Positions 1 to 8,871 of a DNA stretch of 50,150 nucleotides are shown in pieces. The stretch is taken from the NCBI GenBank assembly GCA_037927135.1, contig JAXSPP010000010.1, forward strand, positions 1-50,150. The letters run 5' to 3'. The notes beneath the pieces were generated by a model. It was not told the origin of the DNA and ran no database searches. It saw only the letters and a list, made by a program, of their open reading frames with translations. A program made the position numbers and the translations under genes. This stretch comes from Candidatus Pampinifervens sinense. Lineage in GTDB: Bacteria > Aquificota > Aquificia > Aquificales > Aquificaceae. Numbering within the stretch: the first letter of the stretch is position 1; the number at the start of each line of letters is the position of its first letter.

Positions 1-22
1 GGTAAGGTGGTATAATTTCCAT
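1..22 (-). CDS. 5' end of a gene running off the left edge (MEIIPPY...), product unknown
   Basis: Minus strand reads GGAGG-TTTTTACC-ATG GAA ATT ATA CCA CCT TAC; strong SD at 35-31, with a minus-strand TATAAT at 60-55. Confidence 0.55.
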
Positions 23-24
23 GG

Positions 25-68
25 TAAAAACCTCCGATGGTTTTTAGGGCTACTATTATAGTAGCCCT
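25..68. repeat. Two abutting perfect inverted repeats (8-bp and 11-bp arms)
   Basis: TAAAAACC-tccgat-GGTTTTTA (25-46) and AGGGCTACTAT-t-ATAGTAGCCCT (46-68). Confidence 0.8.
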
Positions 69-170
69 GCTGTCTTTTTATTGATATGGAAGGTTTAGCT
101 TAAAGGGAATTTCTCACTCGGCGTATAGCTTATATAATTATAAGTGATAAATCTCAAAGGAGGTAAAGTT

Positions 171-1463
171 ATGAACAAGCATGTGGTTATCTTAGGTGGT
201 GGTATAGGTGGTATAGCCACAGCCTACAACCTAAGAAAGCTTCACAAAGACCTCAAGATAACTGTAATATCTGGTAGGCCCTACTTTGGCTTCACACCCT
301 CTTATCCCCACCTTGCCTTAGGCTGGAGGAAGTTTGAAGACATCAGCATACCCTTGGCTGGCCTTCTTCCAAAGCACGGGATAGACTTTATCAATGAGGA
401 TGCGGAAAGCATTGATCCAGAAGCAAACAAGGTGAAGACAAAGGGTGGCAAGGAGGTAGAGTATGACTACCTTGTTATAGCCACAGGTCCTAAGCTTGTG
501 TTTGGAGCAGAAGGTCAGGAGCAATATTCCACTTCTGTATGTACGGCAGAGCATGCTATGGAGCTAAACAGAAGGCTTGAAGAGTTTTATAGAAACCCCG
601 GGCCTGTAGTGGTCGGTGCCATACCGGGAGTGAGCTGTTTCGGTCCAGCCTATGAGTTTGCCTTTATGCTCCATTATGAGCTAAAAAGAAGAGGCATAAG
701 GCACAAGGTGCCTATAACTTATATTACCTCTGAACCTTATGTGGGGCATATGGGCCTTGGAGGAGTGGGGCCATCCAGAAGGCTTATGGAGGATCTGATG
801 GCAGAAAGGAGTATAAAGTGGATAGCCAATGTAAAGATAACGAAAGTGGAGCCAGATAAGGTGATATACGAAGACCTAGAAGGTAGAACCTATGAAACTC
901 CAGCAAAGCTTTCTATGATCATGCCTAGGTTTATGGGCCCGGATGTGGTAGCTTCCGCAGGAGACAAGGTTGCAAATCCAGCCAATAAGATGGTCATAGT
1001 AAACAGGTGCTTCCAAAACCCAACTTACAAAAACATCTTTGGTGTTGGAGTGGTAACAGCCATACCACCAGTAGAACAGACTCCTATACCAACCGGAGCA
1101 CCAAAGACTGGTATGATGATAGAGCAGATGGCTTTGGCTGTAGCACATAACATAGTGAACGATATAAGGAACAATCCAGATAGGTATGCTCCAGAGCTTT
1201 CTGCCATATGTATAGCGGACATGGGTGGAGATGCTATGGGATTTTTTGCCTCTCCTGTGCTTCCACCAAGGGCTACAGTCCTTTACAAAAAGGCTATCTG
1301 GATGCATTACCTTAAGTCTGCTTTTGAAAAGTACTTCTTGTGGAAGGTAAGACGCGGAGATATATCTCCATGGTTTGAGGAAAAGGCCTTGGAACTCCTT
1401 TTAAAAGTGCGCGCTATATATCTTTGCTCCGACTGCTCTGGTTCTCCAGGATCACCTTGTTAA
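171..1463 (+). CDS. sqr: Sulfide:quinone oxidoreductase (Aquifex-like type I SQR)
   Basis: GGGIGG FAD motif, CTAEH, SCFGPAYEF, PKTGMMIE, AICIAD and a Cys-rich C-terminus as in A. aeolicus SQR; start set at ATG 171 after AAAGGAGG. Confidence 0.95.
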   Translation: MNKHVVILGGGIGGIATAYNLRKLHKDLKITVISGRPYFGFTPSYPHLALGWRKFEDISIPLAGLLPKHGIDFINEDAESIDPEANKVKTKGGKEVEYDYLVIATGPKLVFGAEGQEQYSTSVCTAEHAMELNRRLEEFYRNPGPVVVGAIPGVSCFGPAYEFAFMLHYELKRRGIRHKVPITYITSEPYVGHMGLGGVGPSRRLMEDLMAERSIKWIANVKITKVEPDKVIYEDLEGRTYETPAKLSMIMPRFMGPDVVASAGDKVANPANKMVIVNRCFQNPTYKNIFGVGVVTAIPPVEQTPIPTGAPKTGMMIEQMALAVAHNIVNDIRNNPDRYAPELSAICIADMGGDAMGFFASPVLPPRATVLYKKAIWMHYLKSAFEKYFLWKVRRGDISPWFEEKALELLLKVRAIYLCSDCSGSPGSPC

Positions 1464-3721
1464 TCCTTCGTTAGATACACGAGGGAGGTGCCCGAGCCTC
1501 CCTCCTTAGGATAACCTTCCCTGTGGAAAACCACGAGGGGTGAGGAAGAGAGGAATTCTTGAACAGCCTTCTTTAGAACTCCGTGGCCATGTATAACCTT
1601 TACTGTCTTAAGACCCATGCTATAAGCCTCTTGGAGAAAGAGATCAAGCTTTGTAAGAGCTTCTTCTACACTAAAGCCTATTAGATTTATCTCCGAAGTG
1701 ATACCCCTTTTGAGTTCAAAGACCTTTTCCGGCTTGGATCCTTCTGGTGGGGGCTCTACCTTTTTAAGCTCTGAGGTTTTAACCCAAGCCTTTACGCCAC
1801 CTATAAGCACATTAGCTCTCTCACCTTTTATCTCAAGGATCTTTCCCTTAGAACCCATAAACTCAACCCAATCACCCACTTCTAGAGTTTCTTTTACTTC
1901 CTCTTTATAAGGATGTTCTATCCTTTCCTTAAAAAGCTCCTTGAGCCTTTGTCTATCTTTTAAGCTTTTTACATATTTTTCCGCTTCCAAAAGGAACTCC
2001 TCAAACCTCCCCTTTAACTCCTTTATAACCCTCTCTATCTCCTCCTTTTTCTTCTTTTCTATCTCCTCCAACTTTCTTTCCTGTTCCTTTATAAGATACT
2101 CAAGCCTATTTCTTTCCTCTTCCAACTGTTTTAACTTATCCTTGTACTGTTTTACATACTCTTCCAAGGTTTCTCTTGCGGAGAAGTATTCCTCAAAGCC
2201 CTTTGGTAAAAACTCCTTTGCCTTCAGGATAACCTCCTTTGGAATACCACATCGCTCTGCTACAAAAAGGGCCATGCTCTCTCCAACGGCATCGTACATA
2301 ATCTTATAAAGGGGGTTCAAACTTTCCTTATCAAATAGAGTTGTAGCTGGTGCATAGTAATCGGAGTTTAGTGCATAGACCTTGATGGGTGTGTGGTGTG
2401 TAGTAGCAAAAACAAAGGCCTTTTTCTCTTTTAGAAACTCAAGTAGTGCTATACCAAGGGCAGATCCTTCCACAGGATCCGTTCCTGCCCCAAGTTCATC
2501 AAGAAGCACAAGGGTTTTATCATCTACCAAAGGTAGAAAATCTGCAATGTTGCTCATATGAGAAGAAAAGGTGGATAGACTTTGCTCTATGCTCTGTTCA
2601 TCTCCAATATCAATAAATATCTTTTCAAATACGGGCAAAGTTCCACTTTCTATGGGTATAGGAATACCCGATTGAAACAGAAGGCTACATAAACCCAAGG
2701 TTTTTAATGCTACCGTCTTGCCCCCTGTGTTTGGACCAGTCAGCAATAGCCCCCTTCTTTCTCTAATCCTTATATCTATAGGCACCACCTCTTCTTTTAG
2801 AAATATTAGGAGTGGATGCTTTACACCCGATAGCTCCACATACTGACCCAGTTTTGGAAACTTTCCTCCATATTCCTTTGAAAGCCTAACAACAGCACAT
2901 AGATAATCTACCATTACAAGGGTTTTGAAGGATTCAAGGAGCCTGTGCGACTGCTCTCCTATAAAAGAAGAAAGCCTTCTTAGTATCCTCCTTACTTCCT
3001 CTTCCTCTTCATCTCTTAAAACTGTAAGCCTGTTGTTTAGCTCTATGATACTTTGAGGTTCTACATAGGTGGTAAAGCCTGAGGAAGAGGTGCCATGTAT
3101 TACACCCACTATCTTTTTAACTTCTGTAGTCTTCACGGGCAGCACATACCTACCGTTCTTATAGGCTACAAATTTGTCGGAAAAGATCCTATCTGCATCA
3201 GGTCTTGAGAGCACAGATTCAAGCCTTTTAAAAATCTCCTTTTCCGTCTCCCTTATACTTTGCCTTATATTTCTTAGCTCATCACTAGCAGAATCTTTTA
3301 CAAAACCTCTTGGGTCTATCACAGATTCAATGGCGTTCTCTATAGAGTTAAATAGATGTAAGCTTCTTGTTATTTGGGCAAGGTTTTTATAGACAACAAC
3401 CTTTTCCCCTATAACCTTTCTAACTTCTTTGATAAGCCTTATTACCTTTAACAGGCTTAGAGCTTCATCAACCGATATAACATAGTCTTTTATAGATGTC
3501 CTTTTTATCAGATCCTCCACATCATCAAACTTATAAAGCTTTATATCATCGCAAACTTTTACGAAGGCTTCTACAAGCCCTATCCTTTCTTCAAGGAGAC
3601 CTCTATCCGTAATGGGCTTTACTTGATCAACAAACCTTTCAGTAGCCTTTGAATGAACATAACTCTTTACCCTTTCTAAAAACTGGAAAAATTCAAGCTT
3701 TATCAGATCCCTTTCTCTCAT
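1460..3721 (-). CDS. mutS2: Endonuclease MutS2
   Basis: TGPNTGGKT Walker A, DIGDEQSIEQSLSTFSSHM, DELGAGTDP, C-terminal Smr domain (IHGHG). Confidence 0.95.
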   Translation of the reverse strand: MRERDLIKLEFFQFLERVKSYVHSKATERFVDQVKPITDRGLLEERIGLVEAFVKVCDDIKLYKFDDVEDLIKRTSIKDYVISVDEALSLLKVIRLIKEVRKVIGEKVVVYKNLAQITRSLHLFNSIENAIESVIDPRGFVKDSASDELRNIRQSIRETEKEIFKRLESVLSRPDADRIFSDKFVAYKNGRYVLPVKTTEVKKIVGVIHGTSSSGFTTYVEPQSIIELNNRLTVLRDEEEEEVRRILRRLSSFIGEQSHRLLESFKTLVMVDYLCAVVRLSKEYGGKFPKLGQYVELSGVKHPLLIFLKEEVVPIDIRIRERRGLLLTGPNTGGKTVALKTLGLCSLLFQSGIPIPIESGTLPVFEKIFIDIGDEQSIEQSLSTFSSHMSNIADFLPLVDDKTLVLLDELGAGTDPVEGSALGIALLEFLKEKKAFVFATTHHTPIKVYALNSDYYAPATTLFDKESLNPLYKIMYDAVGESMALFVAERCGIPKEVILKAKEFLPKGFEEYFSARETLEEYVKQYKDKLKQLEEERNRLEYLIKEQERKLEEIEKKKKEEIERVIKELKGRFEEFLLEAEKYVKSLKDRQRLKELFKERIEHPYKEEVKETLEVGDWVEFMGSKGKILEIKGERANVLIGGVKAWVKTSELKKVEPPPEGSKPEKVFELKRGITSEINLIGFSVEEALTKLDLFLQEAYSMGLKTVKVIHGHGVLKKAVQEFLSSSPLVVFHREGYPKEGGSGTSLVYLTKD

Positions 3722-3731
3722 TAGAAATATT

Positions 3732-5579
3732 TTAGTAGCTTTCTTCAGTCCAAAACTCTGGCCTAAACCTCACTACCCTGTTCCTTCCCATCTCCTTAGC
3801 CTTGTATAGCGCCACATCAGCATACTTTATACATTGCCATATCTTTTCGCTATCCAAAGGAAACTCGGAAACGCCTATACTTACGGTCTTTCTTAGAACT
3901 ACACCAAAGGATTCAATAGTATGGCTTTCTACAGCCCTCCTTATCTTTTCTGCTACCTCTTCAGACTTTCCGCTTTGCACATCCATCAAAAGCACCAGAA
4001 ATTCCTCACCCCCAAACCTTATTACAAAATCCGATTCCCTCACAGACCTTGTTAAAATCTTAGCCACTTCCTTCAAGACTTTATCCCCCATATCATGTCC
4101 ATAAAGGTCGTTTACCTCTTTAAAGTAGTCTACATCCACCATAAGGATTCCAAGGGTAGTTCCCCTTCTCTTTATCTGTGCTGCTATTTTATCAATAGTC
4201 TCATCAAGGAACCTTCTGTTGTATAGGCCTGTAAGCTGATCTCTCAATGATTGTTCCCTCAACATATCCATATAGGTCCTTGCCTCAAGCACAGGAGAAG
4301 CCGCATTTAGATAACCTTTTATGTAAGGAATCATAAGGTTTATAAAAGGCTCAACCTCCCATTCATACACTATCTGCACCACATTACCTACAGTACCTCC
4401 TACATAAACGGGTATGCAATAATAGAGCAGCTTTCCTTGTTTACAGGCTTCATTGTCTACAAAGTTTGGACACACACAGGGAAACTCCCTTGAATCTACG
4501 TCCATACCAGTCCTCTTTGCTCTACACTCATCTGCATTTTCAAATATTATGTCTTTACACCAGCTACTATTACCTTTTACATACACTATAGAAATCTTGT
4601 TTCTTCCTTGGTCAACTTCATAAAGAGAATAGTTATCCAGGCTCATATAATCCTCAAAAACTTCCCTTATCCTTTCATAAACATCTGCTTTTTTCCTATC
4701 CTTTTCAATAACCCTTTTGAACTTATATATGTTAAGGAGTTCATCTACAATTTTTGAAGTATCAGATAGCACATTTCCAGTCTTTAAAACTCCGTAACCT
4801 ATCATAGCCCTAACCTTTTCTTCTATAGATAACAGTGTATTGTTAAGCTTTAAAAAGGAGTTTTGTATGCTTTCTCTTAATGACTTTGTTTCATATCCCA
4901 GATCTGTCTTAATTTCACTTTTGAAAGAACCTTCGCTTGCGGATCTCATAGAAAGCTCTATCTCCTTAATAAAATTGCTGATTTTAGTAATCAGTGAATT
5001 CAAAAACAGAAAAATTCCAGCAAAAACTACCAAAAGTATTAAAGCTATCCACATAAATATCTGAAAAGAATTTGTCCTTATGTATGTAAGATCCATGGTA
5101 AGGCTTATCGCTCCAAGCACTTCACCAGGTTTAGCTCTATGACACTGAAGACAGTTTATACCTTTTATGGGTTCAGCTTTGTATGGAATGACTATCCTGT
5201 ATTTTACACTCCTGAAAGACTCTTCTAGTATCTCTATGGGCTTTCCACTTTCTAGCACAGCTTTTTCTATCTCGTCCTTAGGCACTTCAAGCTTAGAACC
5301 TATTCCAAACTGATCAGCTACCGCTTTTCCTCTCACAACCCTTATCTCTTCTACACCCTTTATCTCCCTAATCCTACTCAAAAACTCATCCCTTCTATCC
5401 ATAACACCCATTACCATGTAAGATGTAAGAGTGTCCCTCACAAGCTCTGAGATTATGTATGCCCTTTGTCTAGACTCTTCCAAAGCTTGTGATCTAAAGG
5501 CGTAAAGGGCTGAAAGCAGTATTATAGAACATGCTATAAACACTATAGCAAAAAGTTTTAGCAGAATTATTTTTTTCAT
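3732..5579 (-). CDS. Membrane-bound diguanylate cyclase with periplasmic CxxCH (c-heme) sensor, Cys-rich cytoplasmic domain and GGDEF domain
   Basis: Two TM segments flanking CLQCH; DQLTGLYNRR; intact GGEEF with RESD I-site. Confidence 0.88.
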   Translation of the reverse strand: MKKIILLKLFAIVFIACSIILLSALYAFRSQALEESRQRAYIISELVRDTLTSYMVMGVMDRRDEFLSRIREIKGVEEIRVVRGKAVADQFGIGSKLEVPKDEIEKAVLESGKPIEILEESFRSVKYRIVIPYKAEPIKGINCLQCHRAKPGEVLGAISLTMDLTYIRTNSFQIFMWIALILLVVFAGIFLFLNSLITKISNFIKEIELSMRSASEGSFKSEIKTDLGYETKSLRESIQNSFLKLNNTLLSIEEKVRAMIGYGVLKTGNVLSDTSKIVDELLNIYKFKRVIEKDRKKADVYERIREVFEDYMSLDNYSLYEVDQGRNKISIVYVKGNSSWCKDIIFENADECRAKRTGMDVDSREFPCVCPNFVDNEACKQGKLLYYCIPVYVGGTVGNVVQIVYEWEVEPFINLMIPYIKGYLNAASPVLEARTYMDMLREQSLRDQLTGLYNRRFLDETIDKIAAQIKRRGTTLGILMVDVDYFKEVNDLYGHDMGDKVLKEVAKILTRSVRESDFVIRFGGEEFLVLLMDVQSGKSEEVAEKIRRAVESHTIESFGVVLRKTVSIGVSEFPLDSEKIWQCIKYADVALYKAKEMGRNRVVRFRPEFWTEESY

Positions 5580-5627
5580 CAACCCCCCTAATAATTATAG
5601 TGTATAGAAGAAAGTACTTGCTATTTT

Positions 5628-5641
5628 TTGACCTAAATCAT
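5628..5641. promoter_or_regulatory. Candidate FNR/DNR-type (Crp family) binding site
   Basis: TTGAC-CTAA-ATCAT versus consensus TTGAT-N4-ATCAA; centred about 42 bp upstream of the inferred ahpC start site. Confidence 0.5.
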
Positions 5642-5670
5642 ATTGCAAAAAATTCTCAATTACTTATAAT
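5642..5670 (+). promoter_or_regulatory. ahpC sigma70-type promoter overlapped by a Fur/PerR-like 9-1-9 box
   Basis: TTGCAA (5643-5648)-N16-TATAAT (5665-5670); imperfect palindrome ATTGCAAAA-A-ATTCTCAAT (5642-5660). Confidence 0.55.
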
Positions 5671-5705
5671 ATTCAATAACAAAATCTTGGAAAGGAGGTA
5701 TAGCC

Positions 5706-6302
5706 ATGGCAGTAAGAGTTGGACAGAGGGTTCCAAACTTTGAACTGGAAGTTTATGATCCTAAAACCTCAAGCTTTGGTAGGGTAAGCCTGGAAGGGCT
5801 ACTCAAGGAAAGAAAATGGGTTGTCCTTTTCTTTTATCCTGCAGATTTTACCTTTGTATGTCCTACGGAGCTTGCAGACCTTGCAGAATATTACGATGAG
5901 CTCCAACGTATGGGTGTGGAGGTCATATCTGTGTCCACAGACACAAAGTATACCCACTTGGCTTGGCAAAAAACAGAGAAGCTTCTTGAGAATGTAAGGT
6001 ATCTGATGGGTGCGGACCCAACTGGCAAAGTTTCAAGGCTCTTTGGTGTTTACGATGAGGACACTGGCCTTGCATTGAGGGGAACTTTTATCATAAATCC
6101 AGATGGTGTGCTTGTAGGATCTGAGATAAACTTCTACAATGTGGGAAGGAATGCGGAAGAGCTTTTGAGGAAGATGAAGGCAAACATCTATCTTATGAGC
6201 CATCCAGATGAGGCTTGCCCTGCCAAATGGAAAGAAGGAGAGAAGACTCTAAAGCCTTCCCAAGAGTTGGTGGGAAGAGTGTATGAGGTGCTAAAGGGTT
6301 GA
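5706..6302 (+). CDS. ahpC: 2-Cys peroxiredoxin (AhpC/Prx1)
   Basis: FYPADFTFVCPTE peroxidatic motif, resolving CPAKW; SD AAAGGAGG. Confidence 0.95.
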   Translation: MAVRVGQRVPNFELEVYDPKTSSFGRVSLEGLLKERKWVVLFFYPADFTFVCPTELADLAEYYDELQRMGVEVISVSTDTKYTHLAWQKTEKLLENVRYLMGADPTGKVSRLFGVYDEDTGLALRGTFIINPDGVLVGSEINFYNVGRNAEELLRKMKANIYLMSHPDEACPAKWKEGEKTLKPSQELVGRVYEVLKG

Positions 6303-6314
6303 TCTCACTCATCT

Positions 6315-6340
6315 CCCCCCTTCGGGGGTTATATATTTAA
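6315..6340 (+). terminator. Probable intrinsic terminator/hairpin after ahpC
   Basis: C-run/TTCG loop/G-run followed by T-rich TTATATATTT. Confidence 0.5.
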
Positions 6341-6363
6341 TTTTACTAATTGGAGGTGAAAAG

Positions 6364-7335
6364 ATGGAGCTCACATTGAATTTTCATACTGATAAGATTT
6401 ACGATGTGATAATAATAGGGGCTGGACCAGCGGGTTCTTCTGCGGCCATATACACCGCAAGGGCAGGACTTTCCACACTGGTGCTTTATAGGGCGGAGGC
6501 AGATGGTGCCTTAGGTGTGACCCAGCAGATAGAGAACTATCCAGGTATAAGGGGGCCCATATCCGGATATGAGCTTTTAAAGCTTATGAGGGAGCATGCT
6601 AAGGCCTTTGGAGCGGAGTTTGTAAGGGGAAAGGTTATAGCCACAGACCTTTTGGGAGAGATAAAGAAGGTTTACACCATAGATGGTAGGGAGTTTAAAG
6701 GAAGGGCTGTGATAATAGCCTCTGGTGCGATGGAGAGGACGAATAAGTTTAAAGGTGAGGAGGAGTTTTTAGGAAAAGGTGTCTCTTACTGTGGTGTTTG
6801 TGATGCAGCCTTTTTCAAGGATAGGCCTGTGGCCGTCATAGGTGAAGATGACTATGCCCTGGAAGAAACGGAGTTTATCTCGCGCTTTGCTAGTAAGATA
6901 TACCTTGTTGTGCCATCAAGCAGGATAAAGGCACCATCCGAGATAGTATCTGAGATACAGTTCAATCCAAAGGTGGAGATACTTTTACATCATAGGGTTT
7001 TGGAGATAGTGGGATCTTCCCTTGTGGAAGGCCTGTGGGTTCAAAATATAAACACAAAGGAAAAGAAACTCCTTCAAGTGGACGGTGTATTCATATTCCT
7101 TGGTGGCAACAAGCCTTCTGTGGACTTTTTGATGAACCAGGTGGAGATGACCGATGGCAACTGTATAGTTGTAAACGAGGAGATGATGACCTCTGTGCCG
7201 GGAGTCTTCGCTGCTGGTGATGTGCTATGCAACAACATAAAACAGGCCGTTATAGCTGCCGCAGACGGAGTGAAGGCTGCCCTGGCTGTGGATAAGTACT
7301 TGAATAAAAAGGCAAAGATTACAGCCCAGTGGTAA
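6364..7335 (+). CDS. trxB: Thioredoxin-disulfide reductase
   Basis: GAGPAG, IENYPG, GVSYCGVCD CxxC, GVFAAGD. Confidence 0.92.
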   Translation: MELTLNFHTDKIYDVIIIGAGPAGSSAAIYTARAGLSTLVLYRAEADGALGVTQQIENYPGIRGPISGYELLKLMREHAKAFGAEFVRGKVIATDLLGEIKKVYTIDGREFKGRAVIIASGAMERTNKFKGEEEFLGKGVSYCGVCDAAFFKDRPVAVIGEDDYALEETEFISRFASKIYLVVPSSRIKAPSEIVSEIQFNPKVEILLHHRVLEIVGSSLVEGLWVQNINTKEKKLLQVDGVFIFLGGNKPSVDFLMNQVEMTDGNCIVVNEEMMTSVPGVFAAGDVLCNNIKQAVIAAADGVKAALAVDKYLNKKAKITAQW

Positions 7336-7356
7336 GAGTGGTTTATACTATTTAGG

Positions 7357-8256
7357 ATGCTAAGTGTTGAGGACATAAAGGAAAGGGTATTGTTTTATCT
7401 TGATCCAGAGGTAAGGGAGGTCTTTGATATAGGCTATTACCTTATCTCCTCTGGAGGAAAGGCCATAAGACCCCTTCTTACCCTCACAGTCTGCGAATCC
7501 CTTGGTGGTGATGTGGAAAAAACCATCCCTTTGGCCGTAGGTATAGAGTATGTGCATGTAGCTTCCTTGCTTCATGATGATGTGGTGGATGGTGCCCAGA
7601 CAAGGCGGGGTAAAAAGAGTGCAAACCTTGTCTTTGGCAATCAAGCCTGTGTTCTCACAGGAGATTACATGTATGCCAAGGCTTTATCCCTTTACGCTCA
7701 GTATGGGAACATGCAAAGCATAGAGGTTTTGAGCCATGCGGTTATGAAGATGTCTCAAGGGCAGCTCTTAGAGCTAAGAAGTCTTGGAAAGATCATTGAC
7801 GAGGATACTTATATAAAGATAATAGACTACAAGACTGGTGCCCTTTTTGGTGCCTGTATGGCCATAGGTGCTCTAATGGCAGGCAGAGAAGACTACTGGG
7901 ACTTTTATCACATGGGCATGCTTGCGGGAAGGGCCTTTCAGCTTATAGACGATGCCCTTGATTACTATGTAAAAGAAGAGAAGCTTGGAAAGCCAACCGG
8001 CTCAGACCTTGCGGAGGGAAAGTGTACTTACCCCCTTATATCCGTGCTTGACAGGCTTTCGGAAGAGGAGAGGAACCTCTTTTATGGCGGAGATCACGAA
8101 AAGCTTAAAGACTTGGTCCTTAAACTGGGTGGAGTAGAAAGAACAAAGGCTAGGGCGGAAGAAGAACTCAGCAAGGTTTTGGATTTTATCAAACCTTTTG
8201 ATGAATCAGAGGTCTTAACAAACCTTCTTCTTAAGCTTGTCTATAGGGAATACTAA
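7357..8256 (+). CDS. Polyprenyl diphosphate synthase (IspB/HepT family)
   Basis: GGKAIRP, HDDVVD FARM, FQLIDDALD SARM. Confidence 0.9.
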   Translation: MLSVEDIKERVLFYLDPEVREVFDIGYYLISSGGKAIRPLLTLTVCESLGGDVEKTIPLAVGIEYVHVASLLHDDVVDGAQTRRGKKSANLVFGNQACVLTGDYMYAKALSLYAQYGNMQSIEVLSHAVMKMSQGQLLELRSLGKIIDEDTYIKIIDYKTGALFGACMAIGALMAGREDYWDFYHMGMLAGRAFQLIDDALDYYVKEEKLGKPTGSDLAEGKCTYPLISVLDRLSEEERNLFYGGDHEKLKDLVLKLGGVERTKARAEEELSKVLDFIKPFDESEVLTNLLLKLVYREY

Positions 8257-8495
8257 AGCCTGTAGCCTTCCTTAAACCTTCTAAAATTTAGTAAGCCTTC
8301 TGCCATTTTATTTCTTACCTCCTCTCCTTCTCTTATCAAGTGTTGGAGTATTCTGTAGCACTCCTTTACTGTCTCCAGATCAAGGCCTTCAATATGCTCT
8401 TGCGTAATGCTTTCTAATACTTCTATAAGCCTGTCCCAATCCCTTTGCTGTAGGTATACTTCACACTGCAGGAGTAGCTTCTTGAGGTCTTCCAT
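8253..8495 (-). CDS. Small helical protein, positional FliT-like candidate
   Basis: 80-aa amphipathic helical ORF overlapping the fliS 3' end; identity inferred from position only. Confidence 0.5.
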   Translation of the reverse strand: MEDLKKLLLQCEVYLQQRDWDRLIEVLESITQEHIEGLDLETVKECYRILQHLIREGEEVRNKMAEGLLNFRRFKEGYRL

Positions 8496-8871
8496 AGACT
8501 TTCCTCTCCACCTCTTCCCAGCTTTCTTTTAGGCCCCTCAGCACCTTTACCATCTTCTTTATAGTTTCTGGCTCATCACCCTTTGCCGTTATCCTTACAA
8601 GGTCGTTCAGAAGGGCTTGATAGATTTCGCTAAGATTTTTTGCTATCTCTCCACCCTCTTCCATGTTGAGCATGGCCTTGAGCACAGTAAGGATCTCAGT
8701 AGCCCTTCCCAAGTTCTCATACTTTACCTTTATACTCTCATGATCTTGCAAGTTCTTTTCCATCACCTCTACTGCCTCCTCAAGGCACGCTATGGCCTTC
8801 TCATAAAGAAGGATAACCTGCCTTACTGGGTTTGAGGTTAGCACCATATTTTCAAGGTATGCGTTTATCAT
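8461..8871 (-). CDS. fliS: Flagellin export chaperone FliS
   Basis: NAY...PVRQVILLYEKAI, GGEIAKNLSEIY, LKESW. Confidence 0.92.
   Translation of the reverse strand: MINAYLENMVLTSNPVRQVILLYEKAIACLEEAVEVMEKNLQDHESIKVKYENLGRATEILTVLKAMLNMEEGGEIAKNLSEIYQALLNDLVRITAKGDEPETIKKMVKVLRGLKESWEEVERKVYGRPQEATPAV

Noticed and set aside
144..170. GTG-start extension of SQR (MINLKGGKV)
   Set aside because: Strong SD AAAGGAGG precedes ATG 171, which matches the Aquifex SQR N-terminus
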